Shown: positions 11,790-26,000 of the stretch, in pieces
How the letters are laid out: each line of letters opens with the position of its first letter
Position numbering within the stretch: the stretch's first letter is position 1
NCBI GenBank assembly: GCA_964016885.1
Contig: OZ024743.1
Span: forward strand, 356,314,001-356,378,000
Length of the DNA stretch: 64,000 nucleotides
DNA from: Eledone cirrhosa
Lineage: Eukaryota
Direction of reading: 5' to 3'
Program-made: the position numbers and the translations under genes
The notes under the pieces: generated by a model
Seen by the model: the letters and a program-made list of their open reading frames with translations, nothing else
The model's database searches: none
Told to the model about the DNA's origin: nothing

Positions 11790-14700
11790 AGACATAATTG
11801 GGGTTAGAGCATAAAGGTTTCTCTGTGGTCAGACAATAGACATAATTGGGGTTAGAGCATAAAGGTTTCTCTGTGGTCAGACGATAGACATAATTGGGGT
11901 TAGAGCATAAAGGTTTCTCTTTGGTCAGACAATAGACATAATTGGGGTTAGAGCATAAAGGTTTCTCTGTGGTCAGACAATAGACATAATTGGGGTTAGA
12001 GCATAAAGGTTTCTCTGTGGTCAGACGATAGACATAATTGGGGTTAGAGCATAAAGGTTTCTCTGTGGTCAGACAATAGACATAATTGGGGTTAGAGCAT
12101 AAAGGTTTCTCTGAGGTCAGACGATAGACATAATTGGGGTTAGAGCATAAAGGTTTCTCTGTGGCCAGACAATAGACATAATTGGGGTTAGAGCATAAAG
12201 GTTTCTCTGTGGTCAGACGATAGACATAATTGGGTTTAGAGCATAAAGGTTTCTCTGTGGTCAGACGATAGACATAATTGGGGTTAGAGCATAAAGGTTT
12301 CTCTGTGGTCAGACGATAGACATGATTGGGGTTAGAGCATAAAGGTTTCTCTCTGGTCAGACGATAGACATAATTGGGGTTAGAGCATAAAGATTTCTCT
12401 GTGGTCAGACGATAGACATAATTGGGGTTAGAGCATAAAGGTTTCTCTGTGGTCAGACGATAGACATAATTGGGGTTAGAGCATAAAGGTTTCTCTTTGG
12501 TCAGACAATAGACATAATTGGGGTTAGAGCATAAAGGTTTCTCTGTGGTCAGACAATAGACATAATTGGGGTTAGAGCATAAAGGTTTCTCTGTGGTCAG
12601 ACGATAGACATAATTGGGGTTAGAGCGTAAAGGTTTCTCTGTGGTCAGACAATAGACATAATTGGGGTTAGAGCATAAAGGTTTCTCTGTGGCCAGACAA
12701 TAGACATAATTGGGGTTAGAGCATAAAGGTTTCTCTGTGGTCAGACAATAGACATAATTGGGGTTAGAGCATAAAGGTTTCTCTGTGGTCAGACAATAGA
12801 CATAATTGGGGTTAGAGCATAAAGGTTTCTCTGTGGTCAGACGATAGACATAATTGGGGTTAGAGCATAAAGGTTTCTCTGTGGCCAGACGATAGACATA
12901 ATTGGGGTTAGAGCATAAAGGTTTCTCTGTGGTCAGACAATAGACATAATTGGGGTTAGAGCATAAAGGTTTCTCTGTGGTCAGACGATAGACATAATTG
13001 GGTTTAGAGCATAAAGGTTTCTCTGTGGTCAGACGATAGACATAATTGGGGTTAGAGCATAAAGGTTTCTCTGTGGTCAGACAATAGACATAATTGGGGT
13101 TAGAGCATAAAGGTTTCTCTGTGGTCAGACGATAGACATAATTGGGGTTAGAGCATAAAGGTTTCTCTTTGGTCAGACAATAGACATAATTGGGGTTAGA
13201 GCATAAAGGTTTCTCTGTGGTCAGACAATAGACATAATTGGGGTTAGAGCATAAAGGTTTCTCTGTGGTCAGACGATAGACATAATTGGGGTTAGAACAT
13301 AAAGGTTTCTCTGTGGCCAGACGATAGACATAATTGGGGTTAGAGCATAAAGGTTTCTCTGTGGTCAGACGATAGACATAATTGGGGTTAGAGCATAAAG
13401 GTTTCTCTGTGGTCAGACGATAGACATAATTGGGTTTAGAGCATACAGCTTTCTCTGTGGTCAGACGATAGACATAATTGGGGTTAGAGCATAAAGGTTT
13501 CTCTGTGGTCAGACGATAGACATAATTGGAGTTAGAGCATAAAGGTTTCTCTCTGGTCAGACGATAGACATAATTGGGGTTAGAGCATAAAGGTTTCTCT
13601 GTGGTCAGACGATAGACATAATTGGGGTTAGAGCATAAAGGTTTCTCTGTGGTCAGACAATAGACATAATTGGGGTTCGAGCATAAAGATTTCTCTCTGG
13701 TCAGACGATAGACATAATTGGGGTTAGAGCATAAAGGTTTCTCTGTGGTCAGACAATAGACATAATTGGGGTTAGAGCATAAAGGTTTCTCTGTGGTCAG
13801 ACGATAGACATAATTGGGGTTAGAGCATAAAGGTTTCTCTGTGGCCAGACAATAGACATAATTGGGGTTAGAGCATAAAGGTTTCTCTGTGGTCAGACGA
13901 TAGACATAATTGGGTTTAGAGCATAAAGGTTTCTCTGTGGTCAGACGATAGACATAATTGGGGTTAGAGCATAAAGGTTTCTCTGTGGTCAGACGATAGA
14001 CATAATTGGGGTTAGAGCATAAAGGTTTCTCTCTGGTCAGACGATAGACATAATTGGGGTTAGAGCATAAAGGTTTCTCTGTGGTCAGACGATAGACATA
14101 ATTGGGGTTAGAGCATAAAGGTTTCTCTGTGGTCAGACGATAGACATGATTGGGGTTAGAGCATAAAGGTTTCTCTCTGGTCAGACGATAGACATAATTG
14201 GGGTTAGAGCATAAAGGTTTCTCTGTGGTCAGACAATAGACATAATTGGGGTTAGAGCATAAAGGTTTCTCTGTGGTCAGACGATAGACATAATTGGGGT
14301 TAGAACATAAAGGTTTCTCTGTGGCCAGACGATAGACATAATTGGGGTTAGAGCATAAAGGTTTCTCTGTGGTCAGACGATAGACATAATTGGGGTTAGA
14401 GCATAAAGGTTTCTCTGTGGTCAGACGATAGACATAATTGGGTTTAGAGCATACAGCTTTCTCTGTGGTCAGACGATAGACATAATTGGGGTTAGAGCAT
14501 AAAGGTTTCTCTGTGGCCAGACAATAGACATAATTGGGGTTAGAGCATAAAGGTTTCTCTGTGGTCAGACGATAGACATAATTGGGTTTAGAGCATAAAG
14601 GTTTCTCTGTGGTCAGACGATAGACATAATTGGGGTTAGAGCATAAAGGTTTCTCTGTGGTCAGACGATAGACATGATTGGGGTTATTGCATAAAGGTTT

Positions 14701-17700
14701 CTCTCTGGTCAGACGATAGACATAATTGGGGTTAGAGCATAAAGGTTTCTCTGTGGTCAGACGATAGACATAATTGGGGTTAGAGCATAAAGGTTTCTCT
14801 GTGGTCAGACAATAGACATAATTGGGGTTAGAGCATAAAGGTTTCTCTGTGGTCAGACAATAGACATAATTGGGGTTAGAGCATAAAGGTTTCTCTGTGG
14901 TCAGACGATAGACATAATTGGGGTTAGAGCATAAAGGTTTCTCTGTGGCCAGACAATAGACATAATTGGGGTTAGAGCATAAAGGTTTCTCTGTGGTCAG
15001 ACGATAGACATAATTGGGTTTAGAGCATAAAGGTTTCTCTGTGGTCAGACGATAGACATAATTGGGGTTAGAGCATAAAGGTTTCTCTGTGGTCAGACGA
15101 TAGACATAATTGGGGTTAGAGCATAAAGGTTTCTCTGTGGTCAGACGATAGACATAATTGGGGTTAGAGCATAAAGGTTTCTCTTTGGTCAGACAATAGA
15201 CATAATTGGGGTTAGAGCATAAAGGTTTCTCTGTGGTCAGACAATAGACATAATTGGGGTTAGAGCATAAAGGTTTCTCTGTGGTCAGACGATAGACATA
15301 ATTGGGGTTAGAGCGTAAAGGTTTCTCTGTGGTCAGACAATAGACATAATTGGGGTTAGAGCATAAAGGTTTCTCTGTGGTCAGACAATAGACATAATTG
15401 GGGTTAGAGCATAAAGGTTTCTCTGTGGTCAGACGATAGACATAATTGGGGTTAGAGCATAAAGGTTTCTCTTTGGTCAGACAATAGACATAATTGGGGT
15501 TAGAGCATAAAGGTTTCTCTGTGGTCAGACAATAGACATAATTGGGGTTAGAGCATAAAGGTTTCTCTGTGGTCAGACGATAGACATAATTGGGGTTAGA
15601 GCATAAAGGTTTCTCTGTGGTCAGACAATAGACATAATTGGGGTTAGAGCATAAAGGTTTCTCTGAGGTCAGACGATAGACATAATTGGGGTTAGAGCAT
15701 AAAGGTTTCTCTGTGGCCAGACAATAGACATAATTGGGGTTAGAGCATAAAGGTTTCTCTGTGGTCAGACGATAGACATAATTGGGTTTAGAGCATAAAG
15801 GTTTCTCTGTGGTCAGACGATAGACATAATTGGGGTTAGAGCATAAAGGTTTCTCTGTGGTCAGACGATAGACATGATTGGGGTTAGAGCATAAAGGTTT
15901 CTCTCTGGTCAGACGATAGACATAATTGGGGTTAGAGCATAAAGATTTCTCTGTGGTCAGACGATAGACATAATTGGGGTTAGAGCATAAAGGTTTCTCT
16001 GTGGTCAGACGATAGACATAATTGGGGTTAGAGCATAAAGGTTTCTCTTTGGTCAGACAATAGACATAATTGGGGTTAGAGCATAAAGGTTTCTCTGTGG
16101 TCAGACAATAGACATAATTGGGGTTAGAGCATAAAGGTTTCTCTGTGGTCAGACGATAGACATAATTGGGGTTAGAGCGTAAAGGTTTCTCTGTGGTCAG
16201 ACAATAGACATAATTGGGGTTAGAGCATAAAGGTTTCTCTGTGGCCAGACAATAGACATAATTGGGGTTAGAGCATAAAGGTTTCTCTGTGGTCAGACAA
16301 TAGACATAATTGGGGTTAGAGCATAAAGGTTTCTCTGTGGTCAGACAATAGACATAATTGGGGTTAGAGCATAAAGGTTTCTCTGTGGTCAGACGATAGA
16401 CATAATTGGGGTTAGAGCATAAAGGTTTCTCTGTGGCCAGACGATAGACATAATTGGGGTTAGAGCATAAAGGTTTCTCTGTGGTCAGACAATAGACATA
16501 ATTGGGGTTAGAGCATAAAGGTTTCTCTGTGGTCAGACGATAGACATAATTGGGTTTAGAGCATAAAGGTTTCTCTGTGGTCAGACGATAGACATAATTG
16601 GGGTTAGAGCATAAAGGTTTCTCTGTGGTCAGACAATAGACATAATTGGGGTTAGAGCATAAAGGTTTCTCTGTGGTCAGACGATAGACATAATTGGGGT
16701 TAGAGCATAAAGGTTTCTCTTTGGTCAGACAATAGACATAATTGGGGTTAGAGCATAAAGGTTTCTCTGTGGTCAGACAATAGACATAATTGGGGTTAGA
16801 GCATAAAGGTTTCTCTGTGGTCAGACGATAGACATAATTGGGGTTAGAACATAAAGGTTTCTCTGTGGCCAGACGATAGACATAATTGGGGTTAGAGCAT
16901 AAAGGTTTCTCTGTGGTCAGACGATAGACATAATTGGGGTTAGAGCATAAAGGTTTCTCTGTGGTCAGACGATAGACATAATTGGGTTTAGAGCATACAG
17001 CTTTCTCTGTGGTCAGACGATAGACATAATTGGGGTTAGAGCATAAAGGTTTCTCTGTGGTCAGACGATAGACATAATTGGAGTTAGAGCATAAAGGTTT
17101 CTCTCTGGTCAGACGATAGACATAATTGGGGTTAGAGCATAAAGGTTTCTCTGTGGTCAGACGATAGACATAATTGGGGTTAGAGCATAAAGGTTTCTCT
17201 GTGGTCAGACAATAGACATAATTGGGGTTCGAGCATAAAGATTTCTCTCTGGTCAGACGATAGACATAATTGGGGTTAGAGCATAAAGGTTTCTCTGTGG
17301 TCAGACAATAGACATAATTGGGGTTAGAGCATAAAGGTTTCTCTGTGGTCAGACGATAGACATAATTGGGGTTAGAGCATAAAGGTTTCTCTGTGGCCAG
17401 ACAATAGACATAATTGGGGTTAGAGCATAAAGGTTTCTCTGTGGTCAGACGATAGACATAATTGGGTTTAGAGCATAAAGGTTTCTCTGTGGTCAGACGA
17501 TAGACATAATTGGGGTTAGAGCATAAAGGTTTCTCTGTGGTCAGACGATAGACATAATTGGGGTTAGAGCATAAAGGTTTCTCTCTGGTCAGACGATAGA
17601 CATAATTGGGGTTAGAGCATAAAGGTTTCTCTGTGGTCAGACGATAGACATAATTGGGGTTAGAGCATAAAGGTTTCTCTGTGGTCAGACGATAGACATG

Positions 17701-18900
17701 ATTGGGGTTAGAGCATAAAGGTTTCTCTCTGGTCAGACGATAGACATAATTGGGGTTAGAGCATAAAGGTTTCTCTGTGGTCAGACAATAGACATAATTG
17801 GGGTTAGAGCATAAAGGTTTCTCTGTGGTCAGACGATAGACATAATTGGGGTTAGAACATAAAGGTTTCTCTGTGGCCAGACGATAGACATAATTGGGGT
17901 TAGAGCATAAAGGTTTCTCTGTGGTCAGACGATAGACATAATTGGGGTTAGAGCATAAAGGTTTCTCTGTGGTCAGACGATAGACATAATTGGGTTTAGA
18001 GCATACAGCTTTCTCTGTGGTCAGACGATAGACATAATTGGGGTTAGAGCATAAAGGTTTCTCTGTGGCCAGACAATAGACATAATTGGGGTTAGAGCAT
18101 AAAGGTTTCTCTGTGGTCAGACGATAGACATAATTGGGTTTAGAGCATAAAGGTTTCTCTGTGGTCAGACGATAGACATAATTGGGGTTAGAGCATAAAG
18201 GTTTCTCTGTGGTCAGACGATAGACATGATTGGGGTTATTGCATAAAGGTTTCTCTCTGGTCAGACGATAGACATAATTGGGGTTAGAGCATAAAGGTTT
18301 CTCTGTGGTCAGACGATAGACATAATTGGGGTTAGAGCATAAAGGTTTCTCTGTGGTCAGACAATAGACATAATTGGGGTTAGAGCATAAAGGTTTCTCT
18401 GTGGTCAGACAATAGACATAATTGGGGTTAGAGCATAAAGGTTTCTCTGTGGTCAGACGATAGACATAATTGGGGTTAGAGCATAAAGGTTTCTCTGTGG
18501 CCAGACAATAGACATAATTGGGGTTAGAGCATAAAGGTTTCTCTGTGGTCAGACGATAGACATAATTGGGTTTAGAGCATAAAGGTTTCTCTGTGGTCAG
18601 ACGATAGACATAATTGGGGTTAGAGCATAAAGGTTTCTCTGTGGTCAGACGATAGACATAATTGGGGTTAGAGCATAAAGGTTTCTCTGTGGTCAGACGA
18701 TAGACATAATTGGGGTTAGAGCATAAAGGTTTCTCTTTGGTCAGACAATAGACATAATTGGGGTTAGAGCATAAAGGTTTCTCTGTGGTCAGACAATAGA
18801 CATAATTGGGGTTAGAGCATAAAGGTTTCTCTGTGGTCAGACGATAGACATAATTGGGGTTAGAGCGTAAAGGTTTCTCTGTGGTCAGACAATAGACATA
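11790..18900. repeat. Tandem duplication of a 74-monomer block (3,552 bp); boundaries approximate
   Basis: Markers at offset 3552 = 74x48: CTGAGG 12114/15666, TTGGAG 13530/17082, GTTATTGC 14687/18239, GAGCGT 15315/18867. Confidence 0.9.
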
Positions 18901-21900
18901 ATTGGGGTTAGAGCATAAAGGTTTCTCTGTGGCCAGACAATAGACATAATTGGGGTTAGAGCATAAAGGTTTCTCTGTGGTCAGACAATAGACATAATTG
19001 GGGTTAGAGCATAAAGGTTTCTCTGTGGTCAGACAATAGACATAATTGGGGTTAGAGCATAAAGGTTTCTCTGTGGTCAGACGATAGACATAATTGGGGT
19101 TAGAGCATAAAGGTTTCTCTGTGGCCAGACGATAGACATAATTGGGGTTAGAGCATAAAGGTTTCTCTGTGGTCAGACAATAGACATAATTGGGGTTAGA
19201 GCATAAAGGTTTCTCTGTGGTCAGACGATAGACATAATTGGGTTTAGAGCATAAAGGTTTCTCTGTGGTCAGACGATAGACATAATTGGGGTTAGAGCAT
19301 AAAGGTTTCTCTGTGGTCAGACAATAGACATAATTGGGGTTAGAGCATAAAGGTTTCTCTGTGGTCAGACGATAGACATAATTGGGGTTAGAGCATAAAG
19401 GTTTCTCTTTGGTCAGACAATAGACATAATTGGGGTTAGAGCATAAAGGTTTCTCTGTGGTCAGACAATAGACATAATTGGGGTTAGAGCATAAAGGTTT
19501 CTCTGTGGTCAGACGATAGACATAATTGGGGTTAGAACATAAAGGTTTCTCTGTGGCCAGACGATAGACATAATTGGGGTTAGAGCATAAAGGTTTCTCT
19601 GTGGTCAGACGATAGACATAATTGGGGTTAGAGCATAAAGGTTTCTCTGTGGTCAGACGATAGACATAATTGGGTTTAGAGCATACAGCTTTCTCTGTGG
19701 TCAGACGATAGACTTAATTGGGGTTAGAGCATAAAGGTTTCTCTGTGGTCAGACGATAGACATAATTGGGGTTAGAGCATAAAGGTTTCTCTCTGGTCAG
19801 ACGATAGACATAATTGGGGTTAGAGCATAAAGGTTTCTCTGTGGTCAGACGATAGACATAATTGGGGTTCGAGCATAAAGATTTCTCTCTGGTCAGACGA
19901 TAGACATAATTGGGGTTAGAGCATAAAGGTTTCTCTGTGGTCAGACAATAGACATAATTGGGGTTAGAGCATAAAGGTTTCTCTGTGGTCAGACGATAGA
20001 CATAATTGGGGTTAGAGCATAAAGGTTTCTCTGTGGCCAGACAATAGACATAATTGGGGTTAGAGCATAAAGGTTTCTCTGTGGTCAGACGATAGACATA
20101 ATTGGGTTTAGAGCATAAAGGTTTCTCTGTGGTCAGACGATAGACATAATTGGGGTTAGAGCATAAAGGTTTCTCTGTGGTCAGACGATAGACATGATTG
20201 GGGTTAGAGCATAAAGGTTTCTCTCTGGTCAGACGATAGACATAATTGGGGTTAGAGCATAAAGGTTTCTCTGTGGTCAGACGATAGACATAATTGGGGT
20301 TAGAGCATAAAGGTTTCTCTGTGGTCAGACGATAGACATAATTGGGGTTAGAGCATAAAGGTTTCTCTTTGGTCAGACAATAGACATAATTGGGGTTAGA
20401 GCATAAAGGTTTCTCTGTGGTCAGACAATAGACATAATTGGGGTTAGAGCATAAAGGTTTCTCTGTGGTCAGACGATAGACATAATTGGGGTTAGAGCGT
20501 AAAGGTTTCTCTGTGGTCAGACAATAGACATAATTGGGGTTAGAGCATAAAGGTTTCTCTGTGGTCAGACAATAGACATAATTGGGGTTAGAGCATAAAG
20601 GTTTCTCTGTGGTCAGACAATAGACATAATTGGTGTTAGAGCATAAAGGTTTCTCTGTGGTCAGACGATAGACATAATTGGGGTTAGAGCATAAAGGTTT
20701 CTCTGTGGCCAGACAATAGACATAATTGGGGTTAGAGCATAAAGGTTTCTCTGTGGTCAGACGATAGACATAATTGGGTTTAGAGCATAAAGGTTTCTCT
20801 GTGGTCAGACGATAGACATAATTGGGGTTAGAGCATAAAGGTTTCTCTGTGGTCAGACAATAGACATAATTGGGGTTAGAGCATAAAGGTTTCTCTGTGG
20901 TCAGACGATAGACATAATTGGGGTTAGAGCATAAAGATTTCTCTTTGGTCAGACAATAGACATAATTGGGGTTAGAGCATAAAGGTTTCTCTGTGGTCAG
21001 ACAATAGACATAATTGGGGTTAGAGCTTAAAGGTTTCTCTGTGGTCAGACGATAGACATAATTGGGGTTAGAACATAAAGGTTTCTCTGTGGCCAGACGA
21101 TAGACATAATTGGGGTTAGAGCATAAAGGTTTCTCTGTGGTCAGACGATAGACATAATTGGGGTTAGAGCATAAAGGTTTCTCTGTGGTCAGACGATAGA
21201 CATAATTGGGTTTAGAGCATACAGCTTTCTCTGTGGTCAGACGATAGACATAATTGGGGTTAGAGCATAAAGGTTTCTCTGTGGTCAGACGATAGACATA
21301 ATTGGGGTTAGAGCATAAAGGTTTCTCTCTGGTCAGACGATAGACATAATTGGGGTTAGAGCATAAAGGTTTCTCTGTGGTCAGACGATAGACATAATTG
21401 GGGTTAGAGCATAAAGGTTTCTCTGTGGTCAGACAATAGACATAATTGGGGTTCGAGCATAAAGATTTCTCTCTGGTCAGACGATAGACATAATTGGGGT
21501 TAGAGCATAAAGGTTTCTCTGTGGTCAGACAATAGACATAATTGGGGTTAGAGCATAAAGGTTTCTCTGTGGTCAGACGATAGACATAATTGGGGTTAGA
21601 GCATAAAGGTTTCTCTGTGGCCAGACAATAGACATAATTGGGGTTAGAGCATAAAGGTTTCTCTGTGGTCAGACGATAGACATAATTGGGTTTAGAGCAT
21701 AAAGGTTTCTCTGTGGTCAGACGATAGACATAATTGGGGTTAGAGCATAAAGGTTTCTCTGTGGTCAGACGATAGACATAATTGGGGTTAGAGCATAAAG
21801 GTTTCTCTCTGGTCAGACGATAGACATAATTGGGGTTAGAGCATAAAGGTTTCTCTGTGGTCAGACGATAGACATAATTGGGGTTAGAGCATAAAGGTTT

Positions 21901-23029
21901 CTCTGTGGTCAGACAATAGACATAATTGGGGTTAGAGCATAAAGGTTTCTCTGTGGTCAGACAATAGACATAATTGGGGTTAGAGCATAAAGGTTTCTCT
22001 GTGGTCAGACGATAGACATAATTGGGGTTAGAGCATAAAGGTTTCTCTGTGGCCAGACAATAGACATAATTGGGGTTAGAGCATAAAGGTTTCTCTGTGG
22101 TCAGACGATAGACATAATTGGGTTTAGAGCATAAAGGTTTCTCTGTGGTCAGACGATAGACATAATTGGGGTTAGAGCATAAAGGTTTCTCTGTGGTCAG
22201 ACGATAGACATAATTGGGGTTAGAGCATAAAGGTTTCTCTGTGGTCAGACGATAGACATAATTGGGGTTAGAGCATAAAGGTTTCTCTTTGGTCAGACAA
22301 TAGACATAATTGGGGTTAGAGCATAAAGGTTTCTCTGTGGTCAGACAATAGACATAATTGGGGTTAGAGCATAAAGGTTTCTCTGTGGTCAGACGATAGA
22401 CATAATTGGGGTTAGAACATAAAGGTTTCTCTGTGGCCAGACGATAGACATAATTGGGGTTAGAGCATAAAGGTTTCTCTGTGGTCAGACAATAGACATA
22501 ATTGGGGTTAGAGCATAAAGGTTTCTCTGTGGTCAGACGATAGACATAATTGGGTTTAGAGCATACAGCTTTCTCTGTGGTCAGACGATAGACATAATTG
22601 GGGTTAGAGCATAAAGGTTTCTCTGTGGTCAGACGATAGACATAATTGGGGTTAGAGCATAAAGGTTTCTCTCTGGTCAGACGATAGACATAATTGGGGT
22701 TAGAGCATAAAGGTTTCTCTGTGGTCAGACGATAGACATAATTGGGGTTAGAGCATAAAGGTTTCTCTGTGGTCAGACAATAGACATAATTGGGGTTCGA
22801 GCATAAAGATTTCTCTCTGGTCAGACGATAGACATAATTGGGGTTAGAGCATAAAGGTTTCTCTGTGGTCAGACAATAGACATAATTGGGGTTAGAGCAT
22901 AAAGGTTTCTCTGTGGTCAGACGATAGACATAATTGGGGTTAGAGCATAAAGGTTTCTCTTTGGTCAGACAATAGACATAATTGGGGTTAGAGCATAAAG
23001 GTTTCTCTGTGGTCAGACAATAGACATAA

Positions 23030-26000
23030 TTGGGTTAGAGCATAAAGGTTTCTCTGTGGTCAGACGATAGACATAATTGGGGTTAGAACATAAAGGTTTC
23101 TCTGTGGCCAGACGATAGACATAATTGGGGTTAGAGCATAAATGTTTCTCTGTGGTCAGATGATAGACATAATTGGGGTTAGAGCATAAAGGTTTCTCTG
23201 TGGTCAGACGATAGACATAATTGGGTTTAGAGCATACAGCTTTCTCTGTGGTCAGACGATAGACATAATTGGGGTTAGAGCATAAAGGTTTCTCTGTGGT
23301 CAGACGATAGACATAATTGGGGTTAGAGCATAAAGGTTTCTCTCTGGTCAGACGATAGACATAATTGGGGTTAGAGCATAAAGGTTTCTCTGTGGTCAGA
23401 CGATAGACATAATTGGGGTTAGAGCATAAAGGTTTCTCTGTGGCCAGACAATAGACATAATTGGGGTTAGAGCATAAAGGTTTCTCTGTGGTCAGACGAT
23501 AGACATAATTGGGTTTAGAGCATAAAGGTTTCTCTGTGGTCAGACGATAGACATAATTGGGGTTAGAGCATAAAGGTTTCTCTCTGGTCAGACGATAGAC
23601 ATAATTGGGGTTAGAGCATAAAGGTTTCTCTGTGGTCAGACGATAGACATAATTGGGGTTAGAGCATAAAGGTTTCTCTGTGGCCAGACAATAGACATAA
23701 TTGGGGTTAGAGCATAAAGGTTTCTCTGTGGTCAGACGATAGACATAATTGGGTTTAGAGCATAAAGGTTTCTCTCTGGTCAGACGATAGACATAATTGG
23801 GGTTAGAGCATAAAGGTTTCTCTGTGGTCAGACGATAGACATAATTGGGGTTAGAGCATAAAGGTTTCTCTGTGGTCAGACGATAGACATAATTGGGGTT
23901 AGAGCATAAAGGTTTCTCTTTGGTCAGACAATAGACATAATTGGGGTTAGAGCATAAAGGTTTCTCTGTGGTCAGACAATAGACATAATTGGGGTTAGAG
24001 CATAAAGGTTTCTCTGTGGTCAGACGATAGACATAATTGGGGTTAGAACATAAAGGTTTCTCTGTGGCCAGACGATAGACATAATTGGGGTTAGAGCATA
24101 AAGGTTTCTCTGTGGTCAGACGATAGACATAATTGGGGTTAGAGCATAAAGGTTTCTCTGTAATCAGACGATAGATAGAATTGGGTTTAGAGCATACAGC
24201 TTTCTCTGTGGTCAGACGATAGACATAATTGGGGTTAGAGCATAAAGGTTTCTCTGTGGTCAGACGATAGACATAATTGGGGTTAGAGCATAAAGGTTTC
24301 TCTCTGGTCAGACGATAGACATAATTGGGGTTAGAGCATAAAGGTTTCTCTGTGGTCAGACGATAGACATAATTGGGGTTAGAGCATAAAGGTTTCTCTG
24401 TGGTCAGACAATAGACATAATTGGGGTTCGAGCATAAAGATTTCTCTCTGGTCAGACGATAGACATAATTGGGGTTAGAGCATAAAGGTTTCTCTGTGGT
24501 CAGACAATAGACATAATTGGGGTTAGAGCATAAAGGTTTCTCTGTGGTCAGACGATAAACATAATTGGGGTTAGAGCATAAAGGTTTCTCTGTGGCCAGA
24601 CAATAGACATAATTGGGGTTAGAGCATAAAGGTTTCTCTGTGGTCAGACGATAGACATAATTGGGTTTAGAGCATAAAGGTTTCTCTGTGGTCAGACGAT
24701 AGACATAATTGGGGTTAGAGCATAAAGGTTTCTCTGTGGTCAGACGATAGACATAATTGGGGTTAGAGCATAAAGGTTTCTCTCTGGTCAGACGATAGAC
24801 ATAATTGGGGTTAGAGCATAAAGGTTTCTCTGTGGTCAGACGATAGACATAATTGGGGTTAGAGCATAAAGGTTTCTCTGTGGTCAGACAATAGACATAA
24901 TTGGGGTTAGAGCATAAAGGTTTCTCTGTGGTCAGACAATAGACATAATTGGGGTTAGAGCATAAAGGTTTCTCTGTGGTCAGACGATAGACATAATTGG
25001 GGTTAGAGCATAAAGGTTTCTCTGTGGCCAGACAATAGACATAATTGGGGTTAGAGCATAAAGGTTTCTCTGTGGTCAGACGATAGACATAATTGGGTTT
25101 AGAGCATAAAGGTTTCTCTGTGGTCAGACGATAGACATAATTGGGGTTAGAGCATAAAGGTTTCTCTGTGGTCAGACGATAGACATAATTGGGGTTAGAG
25201 CATAAAGGTTTCTCTGTGGTCAGACGATAGACATAATTGGGGTTAGAGCATAAATGTTTCTCTTTGGTCAGACAATAGACATAATTGGGGTTAGAGCATA
25301 AAGGTTTCTCTGTGGTCAGACAATAGACATAATTGGGGTTAGAGCATAAAGGTTTCTCTGTGGTCAGACGATAGACATAATTGGGGTTAGAACATAAAGG
25401 TTTCTCTGTGGCCAGACGATGGACATAATTGGGGTTAGAGCATAAAGGTTTCTCTGTGGTCAGACAATAGACATAATTGGGGTTAGAGCATAAAGGTTTC
25501 TCTGTGGTCAGACGATAGACATAATTGGGTTTAGAGCATACAGCTTTCTCTGTGGTCAGACGATAGACATAATTGGGGTTAGAGCATAAAGGTTTCTCTG
25601 TGGTCAGACGATAGACATAATTGGGGTTAGAGCATAAAGGTTTCTCTCTGGTCAGACGATAGACATAATTGGGGTTAGAGCATAAAGGTTTCTCTGTGGT
25701 CAGACGATAGACATAATTGGGGTTAGAGCATAAAGGTTTCTCTGTGGTCAGACAATAGACATAATTGGGGTTCGAGCATAAAGATTTCTCTCTGGTCAGA
25801 CGATAGACATAATTGGGGTTAGAGCATAAAGGTTTCTCTGTGGTCAGACAATAGACATAATTGGGGTTAGAGCATAAAGGTTTCTCTGTGGTCAGACGAT
25901 AGACATAATTGGGGTTAGAGCATAAAGGTTTCTCTGTGGCCAGACAATAGACATAATTGGGGTTAGAGCATAAAGGTTTCTCTGTGGTCAGACGATAGAC

